Counted from the first letter of the stretch, positions 9,353 through 19,186 are shown. The stretch: DNA of 64,000 nucleotides from Candidatus Saccharimonadota bacterium (GCA_016187175.1 JACPKG010000022.1:11989-75988); one strand, 5' to 3'. Notes: generated by a model not told the origin, from the letters alone. Made by a program: numbers and translations.

Positions 9353-10367
9353 CCGCTCTCTCCTGTTCAAGCTTATCGAGTAGTTGAGCGGCTGTTTTGA
9401 TAGTTTCGCTCTTGATCTCTTCATAGCTGCGACCATCGGTAATTTTAAAACCGCTGGCCAGCGGATGGCCACCGCCACCAAAATGCTCGGACAGTTTATC
9501 GGCGATGCCATAGCCATAGTTGCAGCGGATTTTAGCCGTTACTTTACCTTCCTTATATATTTTAAAAGCGATAGCTACATCGGTGCCTTTGGCTAGGCGC
9601 ATATCGTCAATGACCAACATTGACGGGTTATAAAGCGGACTGTATTGCTCTATTTCTTCCCAAGGAATACTAACAATAGCCACACGATTATCACTGTAAA
9701 ACTCTACTCGTTGAAGTAGCCGACCCTTGTAGTGGATTAGCTCGGCATCGCGTCGTAAGGTTTCACGGCGCAGACTCTCAAGCTCTGCCAAATCTACGCC
9801 TGTCTCTACTAGTTCAGCAATGATATGGATAGAGCGGGCGTTGGTTGATTGGCTCATCAGTCCCAAGCTATCGCTCAAAATACCCATGGCTAATAGCTCG
9901 TTAGTTTCCTGATTGAGTTGCCAATTAAGTTGGCTCGCTAACTCGTAAATAATCTCGGCAGTAGCTACGGCCGGATAATGACAAAGTACAGTAGCGAAAC
10001 CAATAGTTGTGTCTGTGGCGTGGTGATCGACGACGATTACCGGCTTAGCAGCTAGCCAGGACTTAGCCCCGAATTTATCCAGCTGTTCTAATAAGCTATC
10101 GCTACTGGTATCAACAATGATGGAGGCGTCAAATTTTTTTGGCAGGTCTTTAACCACCCTGCCCCAGCCCGGCAAATAGTGTAAATAACCGGGCAGATCA
10201 ACTCCGCAGTAAAGTGTAACTTGCTTGTCCTGGTTTTCTAGGATTGCCTCAATTGCCAGCGAGCTAGCTAAGCTATCAACGTCGGGGTTGTCGGCCTGCA
10301 CTACCACAATATGCTTGGCCTCATCTAGTATCTCCTTAATCTTTTTAGCTTCAGGGTATCTAGTCAT
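9339..10367 (-). CDS. DHH/DHHA1 phosphoesterase (NrnA-like oligoribonuclease/pAp phosphatase)
   Basis: DHH-family layout with DHHA1 motif GGGGHPLASG. Confidence 0.8.
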   Translation of the reverse strand: MTRYPEAKKIKEILDEAKHIVVVQADNPDVDSLASSLAIEAILENQDKQVTLYCGVDLPGYLHYLPGWGRVVKDLPKKFDASIIVDTSSDSLLEQLDKFGAKSWLAAKPVIVVDHHATDTTIGFATVLCHYPAVATAEIIYELASQLNWQLNQETNELLAMGILSDSLGLMSQSTNARSIHIIAELVETGVDLAELESLRRETLRRDAELIHYKGRLLQRVEFYSDNRVAIVSIPWEEIEQYSPLYNPSMLVIDDMRLAKGTDVAIAFKIYKEGKVTAKIRCNYGYGIADKLSEHFGGGGHPLASGFKITDGRSYEEIKSETIKTAAQLLDKLEQERADEIL

Positions 10368-10373
10368 TGCTTA

Positions 10374-10979
10374 TTACCACCTCTGGCGGCCCTCCAGGGC
10401 TTTGGTTAAGGTAATTTGATCCGCATATTCTAAATCAACTCCCACGGGCAATCCACGGGCTAGCCGGGTTACTTTAAGTCTCTTATTTTCAACGGCTTGC
10501 GTGATAAGTAGCGCTGTACTTTCTCCTTCGACGCTCGCGTTAGTTGCTAGGATTAACTCCTTGACCCTGTCATCATCTATCCGCTTGATAAGTTCTGATA
10601 TACGCAAATTTTCTGGACCAATTCCCTCAATCGGTGACACCAAACCGCCTAATACATGATAGGTGCCACGAAAAACGTTGGTTTTTTCCAGGGCGACTAT
10701 ATCAAAAGGGTCAGCTACTACTGCAACCAGCTTTTTGTCACGCTTGGGATTGGTGTAAAGAGGACTTAGCTTCTGTCCTGACTCCATTAATGCAAAAGTT
10801 TTGGGGCAGTAAGCAACACTCTTGTGTAGTCTACCCAGAGTTTCAGCCACATTGACTGCTTTACTGGGGTCGCTTCGCAGCAAATAATAAGCATAGCGTT
10901 CGGCCGTTCGAGGTCCGACTCCCGGCAGTTGGCCAAAAGCCTCAATCACTCCTTGTAATGCTCGAGGTATCATAGCCAT
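10374..10979 (-). CDS. recR: recombination protein RecR
   Basis: Full-length RecR-like sequence with a Toprim region. Confidence 0.93.
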   Translation of the reverse strand: MAMIPRALQGVIEAFGQLPGVGPRTAERYAYYLLRSDPSKAVNVAETLGRLHKSVAYCPKTFALMESGQKLSPLYTNPKRDKKLVAVVADPFDIVALEKTNVFRGTYHVLGGLVSPIEGIGPENLRISELIKRIDDDRVKELILATNASVEGESTALLITQAVENKRLKVTRLARGLPVGVDLEYADQITLTKALEGRQRW

Positions 10980-10985
10980 ACTTGC

Positions 10986-11279
10986 CTACAGACCTAAACT
11001 GCTAAGGGCTCCCATCATCGGCTTCATCTTTTCGGCAGCTAACCTTTGACTAGCAGCAATTGCTTCTTTAACAGCTTCTTCTACCCAGTTTTCCAGCTGA
11101 CCGATATCACTAAGGTCTACGGCCTTCGGGTCTATATGGATTGCTTTAATTTTTTGCTCACCGGATATTTCCACTTTTACGGCTCCATCGCCGGCTTCTG
11201 CGACAATTATTTCCTTCTGCAACTCCTTTTGCAGCTTACGAGCTCTCATAAGCAATCTGGCTTGGTCAAATTTACTCAC
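10986..11279 (-). CDS. ybaB: nucleoid-associated protein YbaB/EbfC
   Basis: 97-aa YbaB-family sequence in the conserved ybaB-recR pair; GTG start with SD GAGGGGA. Confidence 0.88.
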   Translation of the reverse strand: MSKFDQARLLMRARKLQKELQKEIIVAEAGDGAVKVEISGEQKIKAIHIDPKAVDLSDIGQLENWVEEAVKEAIAASQRLAAEKMKPMMGALSSLGL

Positions 11280-11379
11280 CTAAAACTCCCCTCGTTACTT
11301 AAAAAACCAAGAACAATGCACAAAAAGCAGTCAGCTTGAGACATTTTGCCTTTGTTCTCTGCTCATTGCTCACTGATTT

Positions 11380-12561
11380 TTATTTTAGCACGTAGGTAAC
11401 CCGAGTTTCTTTAGTGTTAGGCCAAGCCGACAGACTATACCTGAGTCCATAAAAAATATGCAGTCCAACTACACCAAGCAGCAACACTAGCGCTAAGTAT
11501 TTGGGTATAGGATTCTTGGGAAATACGCTGCGCCATTCCATATACAAATAGCGTAACCCGGCGGCAACTAAAACTGCGGTTGCCGGTAAGGCCAGCGTCA
11601 AAAGTACTGGGTTTTTGTTTATGCCAGCGCCGATTACAGATACTATTATCAGCCCCATTAGTATGTACAACTTATTTCTAGCTAGTCTATAAAGTGCAAA
11701 GCCTCCGAAGAAAGCTAGAATTATCTGTACGTAATCTAAAATCGGTAAGCGGCCTATCAGAATGTCGATATGGGCAGGCGTCCGCCAAATCAGGCTAAGT
11801 GTACTCCAGGCGATAGATTTAATAGTCTCTGTTACCTGTGGCCATGCGTCCGGTAAAAAGAACAAGGGTTTAAGTAATGATGGACTTTTGGCGCTGCCAT
11901 ATATTAAGGGAGCCAGTAAGATTAACCCTAAAACAGTAGCTAACGATTTGCGGCCTTTACTTAAATGAGAGGCGGCTTTAGCTATATTGCTTTTAGCGGC
12001 CACTGCGCCTATCACAACTAGCCAGACCATACCGGGAACGTAAAGGCTAAGAGCGCTGGCAGCCACTAGCCCGATGAGGGATAGGCTACTCTTAGATTTA
12101 GTTAGCCAATAGTAACAGGCTAAAATGACGGCTGGAGCAAGTAATAGAATGTCCGCCGAGGCGTTTCTGGAAAGAAGGACAACCCACGGTGTGGCGCCAA
12201 GGATTAAAGTAGCCAAAAAACCTATCTGTCGCCCAAACCAGCCCTTTACCAAAACATAAAAACAGAACAATATACCGATGGCAAAAACCGACGACACGAT
12301 TCTTAAATTTGCAGCCGTGGGGCTAGCAGCCTTTTGGGTAGCGTACTGGACAATTTTATGGGGAGCATAGACAGGGTTGTCGATAATTGATTGCAGGGAT
12401 GAAGATGCCATTCTGGCCGAAACTTCTGCCGGACTTAAACCCTTAGTTAGATTACCGATATGCCAAAAGTAAAGAGGGAAAATAATAAGGCTGAAGAAAA
12501 CTATCGCCAACAAAGTTTTGACCGGTTGGAACTTCCTGCCATAGAGCAACCTTGTCAACAT
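11380..12561 (-). CDS. polytopic membrane protein, possibly a GT-C (ArnT/PMT-like) glycosyltransferase
   Basis: About 10 predicted TM helices; the family assignment is only by general resemblance. Confidence 0.5.
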   Translation of the reverse strand: MLTRLLYGRKFQPVKTLLAIVFFSLIIFPLYFWHIGNLTKGLSPAEVSARMASSSLQSIIDNPVYAPHKIVQYATQKAASPTAANLRIVSSVFAIGILFCFYVLVKGWFGRQIGFLATLILGATPWVVLLSRNASADILLLAPAVILACYYWLTKSKSSLSLIGLVAASALSLYVPGMVWLVVIGAVAAKSNIAKAASHLSKGRKSLATVLGLILLAPLIYGSAKSPSLLKPLFFLPDAWPQVTETIKSIAWSTLSLIWRTPAHIDILIGRLPILDYVQIILAFFGGFALYRLARNKLYILMGLIIVSVIGAGINKNPVLLTLALPATAVLVAAGLRYLYMEWRSVFPKNPIPKYLALVLLLGVVGLHIFYGLRYSLSAWPNTKETRVTYVLK

Positions 12562-12568
12562 GAATATA

Positions 12569-12574
12569 AGTATA
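12569..12574 (-). promoter_or_regulatory. -10 box TATACT, 7 nt before ATG 12561 (leaderless-type)
   Basis: Minus sense reads TATACTtatattcATG. Confidence 0.4.
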
Positions 12575-12613
12575 ACGGACTTGGTCCGATTGTAGCGTAC
12601 TCTTTATTGGTTG

Positions 12614-13978
12614 CTAGGTGTCGAAGGGTTGATCGTGTTTAGTGTCCAAATCATGGAACCTTTGACGAGTCCGGTCAAAATACAACTCAACCTTTCCTAC
12701 CGGGCCGTTACGATGTTTTTTAATGAACACATCGGTGATATTTTGTCGATCGGTTTCAGGATTATAGTAATCCTCGCGGTACAAGAACATAACCACATCG
12801 GCATCTTGCTCAATAGAGCCGGACTCACGCAGATCAGCTAACTGTGGTATCTGAGGTGAGCGGTTTTCGACCGAGCGGCTAAGCTGCGAAAGAGCGACCA
12901 CAGGCACATTTAACTCACGAGCTAAAATTTTTAGACTACGGCTAATTTCGGAAATTTCTTGGACGCGGTTGGCTACTGTTGCAAACCGAGAACCACCGCT
13001 CATTAGTTGTAAATAATCGACCATGATGACTGCTAGTGGTGAGCTATGATGTAGCCGGCGGGCCTTTGTCCTAAGGTCGCTAACGGTAATGCCGGAAGTG
13101 TCGTCTATAAAAATTGGCGCCTCGGCTAGTTCGCCCATGGCCGCGCTGATACGTTCGAAATCGTTATCGCTCAGCCCCTCACCGGTTCTAAGGCTCCAAG
13201 CATCTACGCCGGCTTCGGCTGCTAGTAACCGGTCCACCAATTGCTCCTTGCTCATCTCCAGACTAAAAATCAACACAGCCCCCTGCTTGGCTTTAATGGC
13301 GATGTCAAGTGCGATATTAAGCATCAGAGCGGTCTTACCCATAGACGTACGGGCAGCGATAATATCGAGGTCGGATCGCTGCAAACCAGCCAGCATTTTA
13401 TCCAAATCCTTGAGGCCCGTCGGTATACCCCTAATGCCGCCCTTGCGTCGGTGAAGCTCGTCTAGCCGGTCAAAACTTTCGCCAAGTATAGACTCTAAAC
13501 TGGTTATGTCCTGTCTGACATGTTGTTCGCTAACCTCAAAAAGACGAGTTTCAGCCTCCTCTATTAACGCCTGAAGCGATTTATTTTCCTCAGACCCAAT
13601 GGCTGCTATATCCTGGGAGGCTTTTATGAGACGTCGGCGAATAGACTTGTCGGCCACAATCTCCGCATATTGTTCGAGATGGGCCGCAGTTGGCACAAAA
13701 TTAGTCAGTTCGGTTAAGTAACTGGCTCCGCCAATCTGATCCAGCTCACCCCTGCTTTTTAGCTGTTCGCTAAGTGTTAGAATGTCTATTGGACTACGCT
13801 TGTCGTGTAATGCACGCATAGCTGTGAATATAATTTTGTGCTGTTCGTTATAAAAGTCGTCAGGTTTTATCAAATCGGCGATTTTAACAAATGCATCACT
13901 ATCAATCATCAAACTGCCAAGCAAGGATGCCTCAGCGTCTAGGCTTTGAGGTGGACTAGTAGCTATGGGGGAGTCCAT
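12614..13978 (-). CDS. dnaB: replicative DNA helicase DnaB
   Basis: DnaB N- and C-domains; Walker A ARTSMGKT; typical C-terminus. Confidence 0.95.
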   Translation of the reverse strand: MDSPIATSPPQSLDAEASLLGSLMIDSDAFVKIADLIKPDDFYNEQHKIIFTAMRALHDKRSPIDILTLSEQLKSRGELDQIGGASYLTELTNFVPTAAHLEQYAEIVADKSIRRRLIKASQDIAAIGSEENKSLQALIEEAETRLFEVSEQHVRQDITSLESILGESFDRLDELHRRKGGIRGIPTGLKDLDKMLAGLQRSDLDIIAARTSMGKTALMLNIALDIAIKAKQGAVLIFSLEMSKEQLVDRLLAAEAGVDAWSLRTGEGLSDNDFERISAAMGELAEAPIFIDDTSGITVSDLRTKARRLHHSSPLAVIMVDYLQLMSGGSRFATVANRVQEISEISRSLKILARELNVPVVALSQLSRSVENRSPQIPQLADLRESGSIEQDADVVMFLYREDYYNPETDRQNITDVFIKKHRNGPVGKVELYFDRTRQRFHDLDTKHDQPFDT

Positions 13979-13979
13979 T

Positions 13980-15323
13980 TTACGATTCTACCAATTCGGC
14001 CTTACCGAATATATTACTAATAGTTGTTAACTGCGCAGGTTCCTTGGGCAAAACACCCAGCGTGCATTTAATCTCGACTTTTGCGCCGCTCAACTCTTCT
14101 ATGACCTCACCGATTAACTTAATGTTGTGCGATCCACTGACCTTATTCTTGTGTAGAGGAAACTGAAACGTCAACTTCAGTACATTGCCATCAACTTCAG
14201 GCTCGGCCAGGCGAAGAGCTGTATAAAGCGCTGCGGCGCGGCCTTTTATAACAGCAACTACCTGAGGCCATAGATCCAGGTTAAAACCTGACCTAGCTGG
14301 ACCCTTTGCCTCATCGGTACTGACTTCATCACCAAACTTTTCATTTAGTGGCTTAGCTTTTGACTGACTATTGCCGATAGCGGTCTCTATAAGGGCTATT
14401 TCTAGGACTTCATATGGTTGTTTGGCAGCACTTATATCCAATAATTTTCTAAGCAAATCTGCCATCCAATTGGCTGATTGGCTGCTGTCAATAATCATTT
14501 TCCGCAGGTTCTTAGACAGTTGCGAAGCTACCTCGACGGCGTTAGTGCCTTGCTGACGCAAGTTATCAAGCAGTGATACTATGACTCTCGGATCTCCCTG
14601 GCTAACACTCTTAAATAGTTGCTGGATGATATTTACAGCCGGCAGGCCTAACAGTTCACGAGCGGACTGCTCGGTGATTATTCTACTCTTACCACCAAGT
14701 TGGTCTAGCATACCGATACTGTCTCTCAGACTGCCATCAGCGTGTTCGGCCAGAAGTTCCAGGACAGCTGATTCAATTTCAATAGCCTCTTTTTGGGCTA
14801 TATTTTTAAGGTGAGCGATGGCCTGGCTTTTTTCGGTTGGCTTAAAGTTAAAGCGCTGCGTGCGGCTGATGATAGTTTCGGGCAATTTATGGACTTCGGT
14901 AGTAGCTAAAATGAAGATGCAGTGGTCCGGTGGTTCCTCTAGGGTTTTTAAAAGAGCATTAAAGGCCTCCCGGGTCAGCATATGGACTTCATCTATAATA
15001 TAGACTTTGTATTTAGCAGAAGTCGGAGCGATGTGTACGCGTTCGCGAAGATCCCGTATTTCATCAATTCTTCGGTTGCTGGCAGCATCAATTTCAATAA
15101 TATCTAAATGGACAGACTCGTCCTTGTAGGCCAAGTTATTAACTGCGTGGGCTAAGATTCTGGCGACACTGGTTTTACCCACGCCACGCGGTCCGCTAAA
15201 TAGATAAGCATGGCTAATACGTCCACTTCTGATGGCTTTTTGCAAAGTCTGGGTTATTGGTTCCTGACCAACTACCTCACTAAATGACCTCGAACGATAC
15301 TTTCTGTATAAAGCCTGACCCAC
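13980..15323 (-). CDS. dnaX: DNA polymerase III subunit gamma/tau
   Basis: AAA+ clamp-loader motifs GPRGVGKT, DEVHML and SRTQ; GTG start. Confidence 0.9.
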   Translation of the reverse strand: MGQALYRKYRSRSFSEVVGQEPITQTLQKAIRSGRISHAYLFSGPRGVGKTSVARILAHAVNNLAYKDESVHLDIIEIDAASNRRIDEIRDLRERVHIAPTSAKYKVYIIDEVHMLTREAFNALLKTLEEPPDHCIFILATTEVHKLPETIISRTQRFNFKPTEKSQAIAHLKNIAQKEAIEIESAVLELLAEHADGSLRDSIGMLDQLGGKSRIITEQSARELLGLPAVNIIQQLFKSVSQGDPRVIVSLLDNLRQQGTNAVEVASQLSKNLRKMIIDSSQSANWMADLLRKLLDISAAKQPYEVLEIALIETAIGNSQSKAKPLNEKFGDEVSTDEAKGPARSGFNLDLWPQVVAVIKGRAAALYTALRLAEPEVDGNVLKLTFQFPLHKNKVSGSHNIKLIGEVIEELSGAKVEIKCTLGVLPKEPAQLTTISNIFGKAELVES

Positions 15324-15327
15324 GTAC

Positions 15328-15376
15328 TAGATTATAGACGTTTGATGCTTGAGTTTCGAGTGTATAAATTACAAAG
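15328..15376 (-). repeat. 49-bp promoter cassette, copy 1 (upstream of dnaX)
   Basis: 46/49 identical to 19904..19952. It contains TATAAT (15331..15336) 7 nt before the dnaX GTG and overlaps the last 2 codons and stop of orf170. Confidence 0.8.
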
Positions 15377-15881
15377 CAGCTTCTAAAGCGGCCCACTCGG
15401 CATCCACATTCTCGTCCTCTGGAATATTGACACTGACTTGGTCACCCGGCTTTGCCTTAAAGTAAGTAACACTTGCCAACAGCACCCGATATTGCTTGTC
15501 ACCGACATCTACAAAATAATGGCCATCCTTTTGGTTTAAAACACCCACGACCTGCTTACGTGGAATAGGTCCTATTTGCTTATACATAAAAGCGCCGTCG
15601 TCAGCAATTGTTAGTTTTAAAATATCGCCTTGGACCAGCTTTGACTTACTGGCGTAGTTGGCAGGTACGGGGTAAGTCTTGCCATCAGAGCCAACCATGT
15701 TTTGACCATCAAAAACGCCTTCTATAATTTTGCCAAGCGCCTTATCTTTGACCTTCTCGGTTAACACAGGATCTTCACCAACTAAACTAACCAGAAGTTC
15801 CTTAGCAGCTGCCAGACTGGTCTCGGCCTCGTTAATTAACGAGCGCAAGCGTTTTATTTGTTTCTCGGGTATATCTGTCAT
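15369..15881 (-). CDS. hypothetical protein (170 aa)
   Basis: Long ORF with coding-like composition between rplL and dnaX; no motif recognised. Confidence 0.55.
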   Translation of the reverse strand: MTDIPEKQIKRLRSLINEAETSLAAAKELLVSLVGEDPVLTEKVKDKALGKIIEGVFDGQNMVGSDGKTYPVPANYASKSKLVQGDILKLTIADDGAFMYKQIGPIPRKQVVGVLNQKDGHYFVDVGDKQYRVLLASVTYFKAKPGDQVSVNIPEDENVDAEWAALEAAL

Positions 15882-16068
15882 ATTTGTTCTTGACTCCAGT
15901 CTTTGGTCTTTGTTTGCTCCCAGCCGACTTATCCCAAACCTAACATAGATATGTGGCTAAGTCAAAAAGTCAAGTCAAGCGTTGTGGATAATTTTTTTAC
16001 TCTTGGTCGCAATTCTCAGGACATCCACATAACTGCGTACAAAAAAATTAGTCGGTGCTCTGGTAGAC

Positions 16069-16584
16069 TTATGTCAACTCAACTGACGCGCCGGCACCCT
16101 CCAGTGCTTTTTTAGCTTGTTCGGCTTCGTCCTTGCTAACCTTTTCTTTGACGGCTTTTGGTGCGCTGTCAACGATGGCTTTAGCTTCTCCGAGGCCTAA
16201 GCCGGTAACATCCTTAACGGCTTTAATAACTGCTACTTTTTGACTGCCAGGATCCTTGAGCATAACATTGTACTCACTTTTTTCATCAGCCGCCGGAACA
16301 CTGGCTTCACTGCCAGTCGACGCAGTGGCTACCGCAACTGTAGGCGCCGCAGCGGATACACCCCAATACTCCTCTAGGAATTTAACAAACTGGCTGATTT
16401 CAAGGGCTGACAGCTTATCAAGTTCCTTGACTAATGCTGAAAATGCTTTGGGCACATCTACGGCCTTCTTCTTTTCAGTTGTCGGTTTTCCTTCAGTCTT
16501 GGCCTCCGCTAAGACATCGGCTTTTGGTTCCTTTTTGACCGCCTCTACTTCTTTGTGACCAACCGCTTGATTATTGTCTGCCAT
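16069..16584 (-). CDS. rplL: 50S ribosomal protein bL12 (L7/L12) with ~45-aa Lys-rich N-terminal extension
   Basis: The core [24 protein letters not shown] ... [12 protein letters not shown] is canonical bL12. A strong SD (AAGGAGG) lies 5 nt before the listed ATG. Confidence 0.9.
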   Translation of the reverse strand: MADNNQAVGHKEVEAVKKEPKADVLAEAKTEGKPTTEKKKAVDVPKAFSALVKELDKLSALEISQFVKFLEEYWGVSAAAPTVAVATASTGSEASVPAADEKSEYNVMLKDPGSQKVAVIKAVKDVTGLGLGEAKAIVDSAPKAVKEKVSKDEAEQAKKALEGAGASVELT

Positions 16585-16602
16585 AGTTCCTCCTTGAATT
16601 AC

Positions 16603-17133
16603 TTAGCTTATAACCTCACTCCGCGCATTCAACACGTTCATCAAACTCCTGATGTTGCCGGCCAGAACGTTAACGAAACCACTGACTGGCGCGCTGATTG
16701 TACTGATTAGTTGGGCGCGAAGAACTTCTTTACTCGGTAGATTAGCCAGGCTTTTGAGCTCATCGGCGCTCAGCACAGTTCCATCTGGATTTAAACCAGC
16801 CACAAATTCAATGTGAGGGTTTGTTTTGGTGAATTCTGACAGGCTTCTAGCGGGCGCTACCTCGTCGTGATTATTGAAACCGTATAACAACTGGCCTTGA
16901 AATTGGCTGGTGTCGACATTCTTAAACCTGCCATCACTAGCCAGAGCTATTTTGAATAAGCGATTCTTAGCGACTTTCAGCAAGCTACCTTGGACAGCCG
17001 CACTGCTGCGTAATTGCTGCATAGATTTTACAGGCGTACCCTGATACTTAGCAATGACGGTTAGCTTAGAATCTGCTAGAAGCGCTTGTAGCTGTGCCAC
17101 CATTTGTTCTTTCTTTTCTCTGCTTAGTGCCAC
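16603..17133 (-). CDS. rplJ: 50S ribosomal protein uL10
   Basis: uL10-like sequence directly upstream of rplL. The start was moved to the GTG at 17133, which has GGAG 5 nt upstream (track ORF starts at 17151). Confidence 0.85.
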   Translation of the reverse strand: MALSREKKEQMVAQLQALLADSKLTVIAKYQGTPVKSMQQLRSSAAVQGSLLKVAKNRLFKIALASDGRFKNVDTSQFQGQLLYGFNNHDEVAPARSLSEFTKTNPHIEFVAGLNPDGTVLSADELKSLANLPSKEVLRAQLISTISAPVSGFVNVLAGNIRSLMNVLNARSEVIS

Positions 17134-17263
17134 TAAAACTCCTTTATACAAAAAATCCTTGGCCTAAAAATACCAAAGATCTATTACAAGCTAGTAGTTT
17201 GTAACCTCGGCGACATTATTAATCCGCCTCAGGCGGACGTCGCTGTCTTTGGCAACTAGCAAT

Positions 17264-17292
17264 AATCTAGCATATCTGCGGGGCGATGGCAA
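17264..17292 (-). promoter_or_regulatory. candidate sigma70-type promoter of rplJ-rplL (TTGCCA-17-TAGATT), followed by a ~125-nt leader
   Basis: Minus sense reads TTGCCAtcgccccgcagatatgcTAGATT. The leader contains the hairpin CCGCC-TGA-GGCGG and may be an L10-leader analogue. Confidence 0.4.
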
Positions 17293-17296
17293 GCTC

Positions 17297-19186
17297 TTAA
17301 GTAGTACTTTTTTTAACTTTCACAACCTCTGGCTTTGATTTTAACGTGGCCTGCTTTTTTGATGCACTCGACTGCATAAGTGCCCGCGCTATGTGTGGGT
17401 GCAACTCAGATACAGCTTCTATCAATAGCTGGCTAAAATGACGATATTTTACCGGCCATTTTTCCTTTACTGATAGAGCTAGTTGAGCACCCGTGACGCT
17501 GAATTGCCAGCGAGTCTTATGACCCAACAGGATAGTGTAAGCTCCGATGCTCTCTTTACCAGCCGATTGTAGCCTATTGTAAAGTTCCAGGCTATGGTCA
17601 AAGGCTTCTAGAAAATCATCATCAAGCTGAGTCTGCTCGATAATCTCCGGAACTTCATAACCGTACCTAGGCGTTACATTTTGAGCATGAATGGCTTTGG
17701 CTAGGTTATTTTTTAGCATGTGCCTCAAAGTGAGTCTATCAGACAGAACATCGAAGCGATATGACGTCAGTTCTAGGATGCTGTCGGGGTATTTATTGAG
17801 GGCTGTTTTAAGAGCTGCCTGTTTTTGAGCATAGGTCCAAATATCAATCTGCGCAGCAATCTCAGCCCGCGACAAATTACTGTAAGGGTACATACTCTCG
17901 ATTAACAGTTCAAATTCATTTCTTGGTCGAGGCTCAAGTAACTTGACGGTCTCGTCGGCATCAGCCAGATTTTGAGGTAAGCGAGTTTCGGCTAACCGTT
18001 TTATAATTTCCTCTACTGCTCTGGGTTCATTATCGGCAGTTCCAGGTTCAGCCAAAGCCTTAACTTCGGTGATATCACTTGAGGCTAATTTAGCCATTAG
18101 GCTGGGATTGGCTAAAACATTAGGAGCGATCTGGGACTCTACTAGAACTCCAAGCGGAATAACAGAGGCTAAGGCAGCATATAGCTCCGATTTATTAATA
18201 TTTTTTGCCAGGCCAGATACCCGGCGATGCATTTTCAAGTAAAGATTAAGAATCTCCTGCATTCCTTTCTGGTACTCTTTGCGTAGCCTGCCTCTTAACT
18301 CGTTAGGGGTATAGAATTTTAATTTGTCACGGCTTTCTAAGCTACTCCAAGCTTCGCTACTGCTCGGCGTGGTTTCGGACATGGCGGCAATAGTATCGGC
18401 AGCCAGTAGACTGAATCCACTCCTATTCTTTTGGCTTGGACTGGTTGAGGCTAGGGAGGAATCATCATGGCTAGACAGATTTAAAACCACGCCTTTGCCT
18501 TTTCGTGACGGCTCAGGCAGCAGCGGCTTCACAATGTCCCAGATCCGATCATTAATCTCGGTAATGTTCATAATTTGTCCATTATGAGCACATTCGACAG
18601 CCCGAAAATCCTTCGGGAATAACTTACACAACAAATCATATGTGGTAACTGCCTTTCTGATATGGTCGAGGTCGGCCTCATGCTGGTCACGTTGCTTATC
18701 TGTATAGCTGCGCGCTCCCTTTTGGGTTATGAGGGTATACGAAATCTCGGGGGGAACGCGGAGAAAAATGTTAATTGTTGGGCGTGGTATCCCAAGTAGT
18801 TCAAATTCTAGACTGTCAGCCCATATAAAAAAGCCACGCTGCTGTCCCAAAGAGCCAAATTTTGCGCCTTGATGCGCCATATTGGAGCCAACGTAACGGT
18901 TAGCCAGGACAATTTTATCAGCCTTTAGCGCCTCCCTAATTTGTGGAGCCGCCTCATAACGGTCAAGCGCATAAAACATCGAAGCAGTATACGGGCTAAT
19001 CTCGCTGGCAGGACCATAGTCACCGTTTAAATAACTCTTTACGAAATGACTGGAAGATTTCTCGTAACGTGGAAAGTCAAAGGTTACTACGTCGTGGCCA
19101 ACTGCTTTTAAACGCTCGTTTGTTAGGCGAAACTGAGTCTCTTTACCCGACCCATCGGCTCCTTCTATAACGATAAATAAGCTCAT
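17297..19186 (-). CDS. tmk: thymidylate kinase fused to a ~400-aa C-terminal region that ends in a degenerate ThyX-like domain
   Basis: The N-terminal ~210 aa are dTMP kinase (P-loop IEGADGSGKET, DRY-like LDRYE). The C-terminal segments YRFDVLSDRLTLRHMLKN...TPRYGY and ILLGHKTRWQFSVTGAQL resemble ThyX core blocks, but the RHRxxS motif is not intact. Confidence 0.8.
   Translation of the reverse strand: MSLFIVIEGADGSGKETQFRLTNERLKAVGHDVVTFDFPRYEKSSSHFVKSYLNGDYGPASEISPYTASMFYALDRYEAAPQIREALKADKIVLANRYVGSNMAHQGAKFGSLGQQRGFFIWADSLEFELLGIPRPTINIFLRVPPEISYTLITQKGARSYTDKQRDQHEADLDHIRKAVTTYDLLCKLFPKDFRAVECAHNGQIMNITEINDRIWDIVKPLLPEPSRKGKGVVLNLSSHDDSSLASTSPSQKNRSGFSLLAADTIAAMSETTPSSSEAWSSLESRDKLKFYTPNELRGRLRKEYQKGMQEILNLYLKMHRRVSGLAKNINKSELYAALASVIPLGVLVESQIAPNVLANPSLMAKLASSDITEVKALAEPGTADNEPRAVEEIIKRLAETRLPQNLADADETVKLLEPRPRNEFELLIESMYPYSNLSRAEIAAQIDIWTYAQKQAALKTALNKYPDSILELTSYRFDVLSDRLTLRHMLKNNLAKAIHAQNVTPRYGYEVPEIIEQTQLDDDFLEAFDHSLELYNRLQSAGKESIGAYTILLGHKTRWQFSVTGAQLALSVKEKWPVKYRHFSQLLIEAVSELHPHIARALMQSSASKKQATLKSKPEVVKVKKSTT

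Noticed and set aside
9353-9517. N-terminal extensions of track ORFs: cysS, rpsD 34191..34229, rplP 42609..42671, rpsC 43348..43491, rpsS 44131..44166, rplD 46146..46211, clpP 62162..62191, rplJ 17134..17151
   Set aside because: In each case the conserved protein N-terminus starts at an internal ATG or GTG preceded by a good AAGGAG-type site. The upstream part overlaps the neighbouring gene or a spacer repeat.
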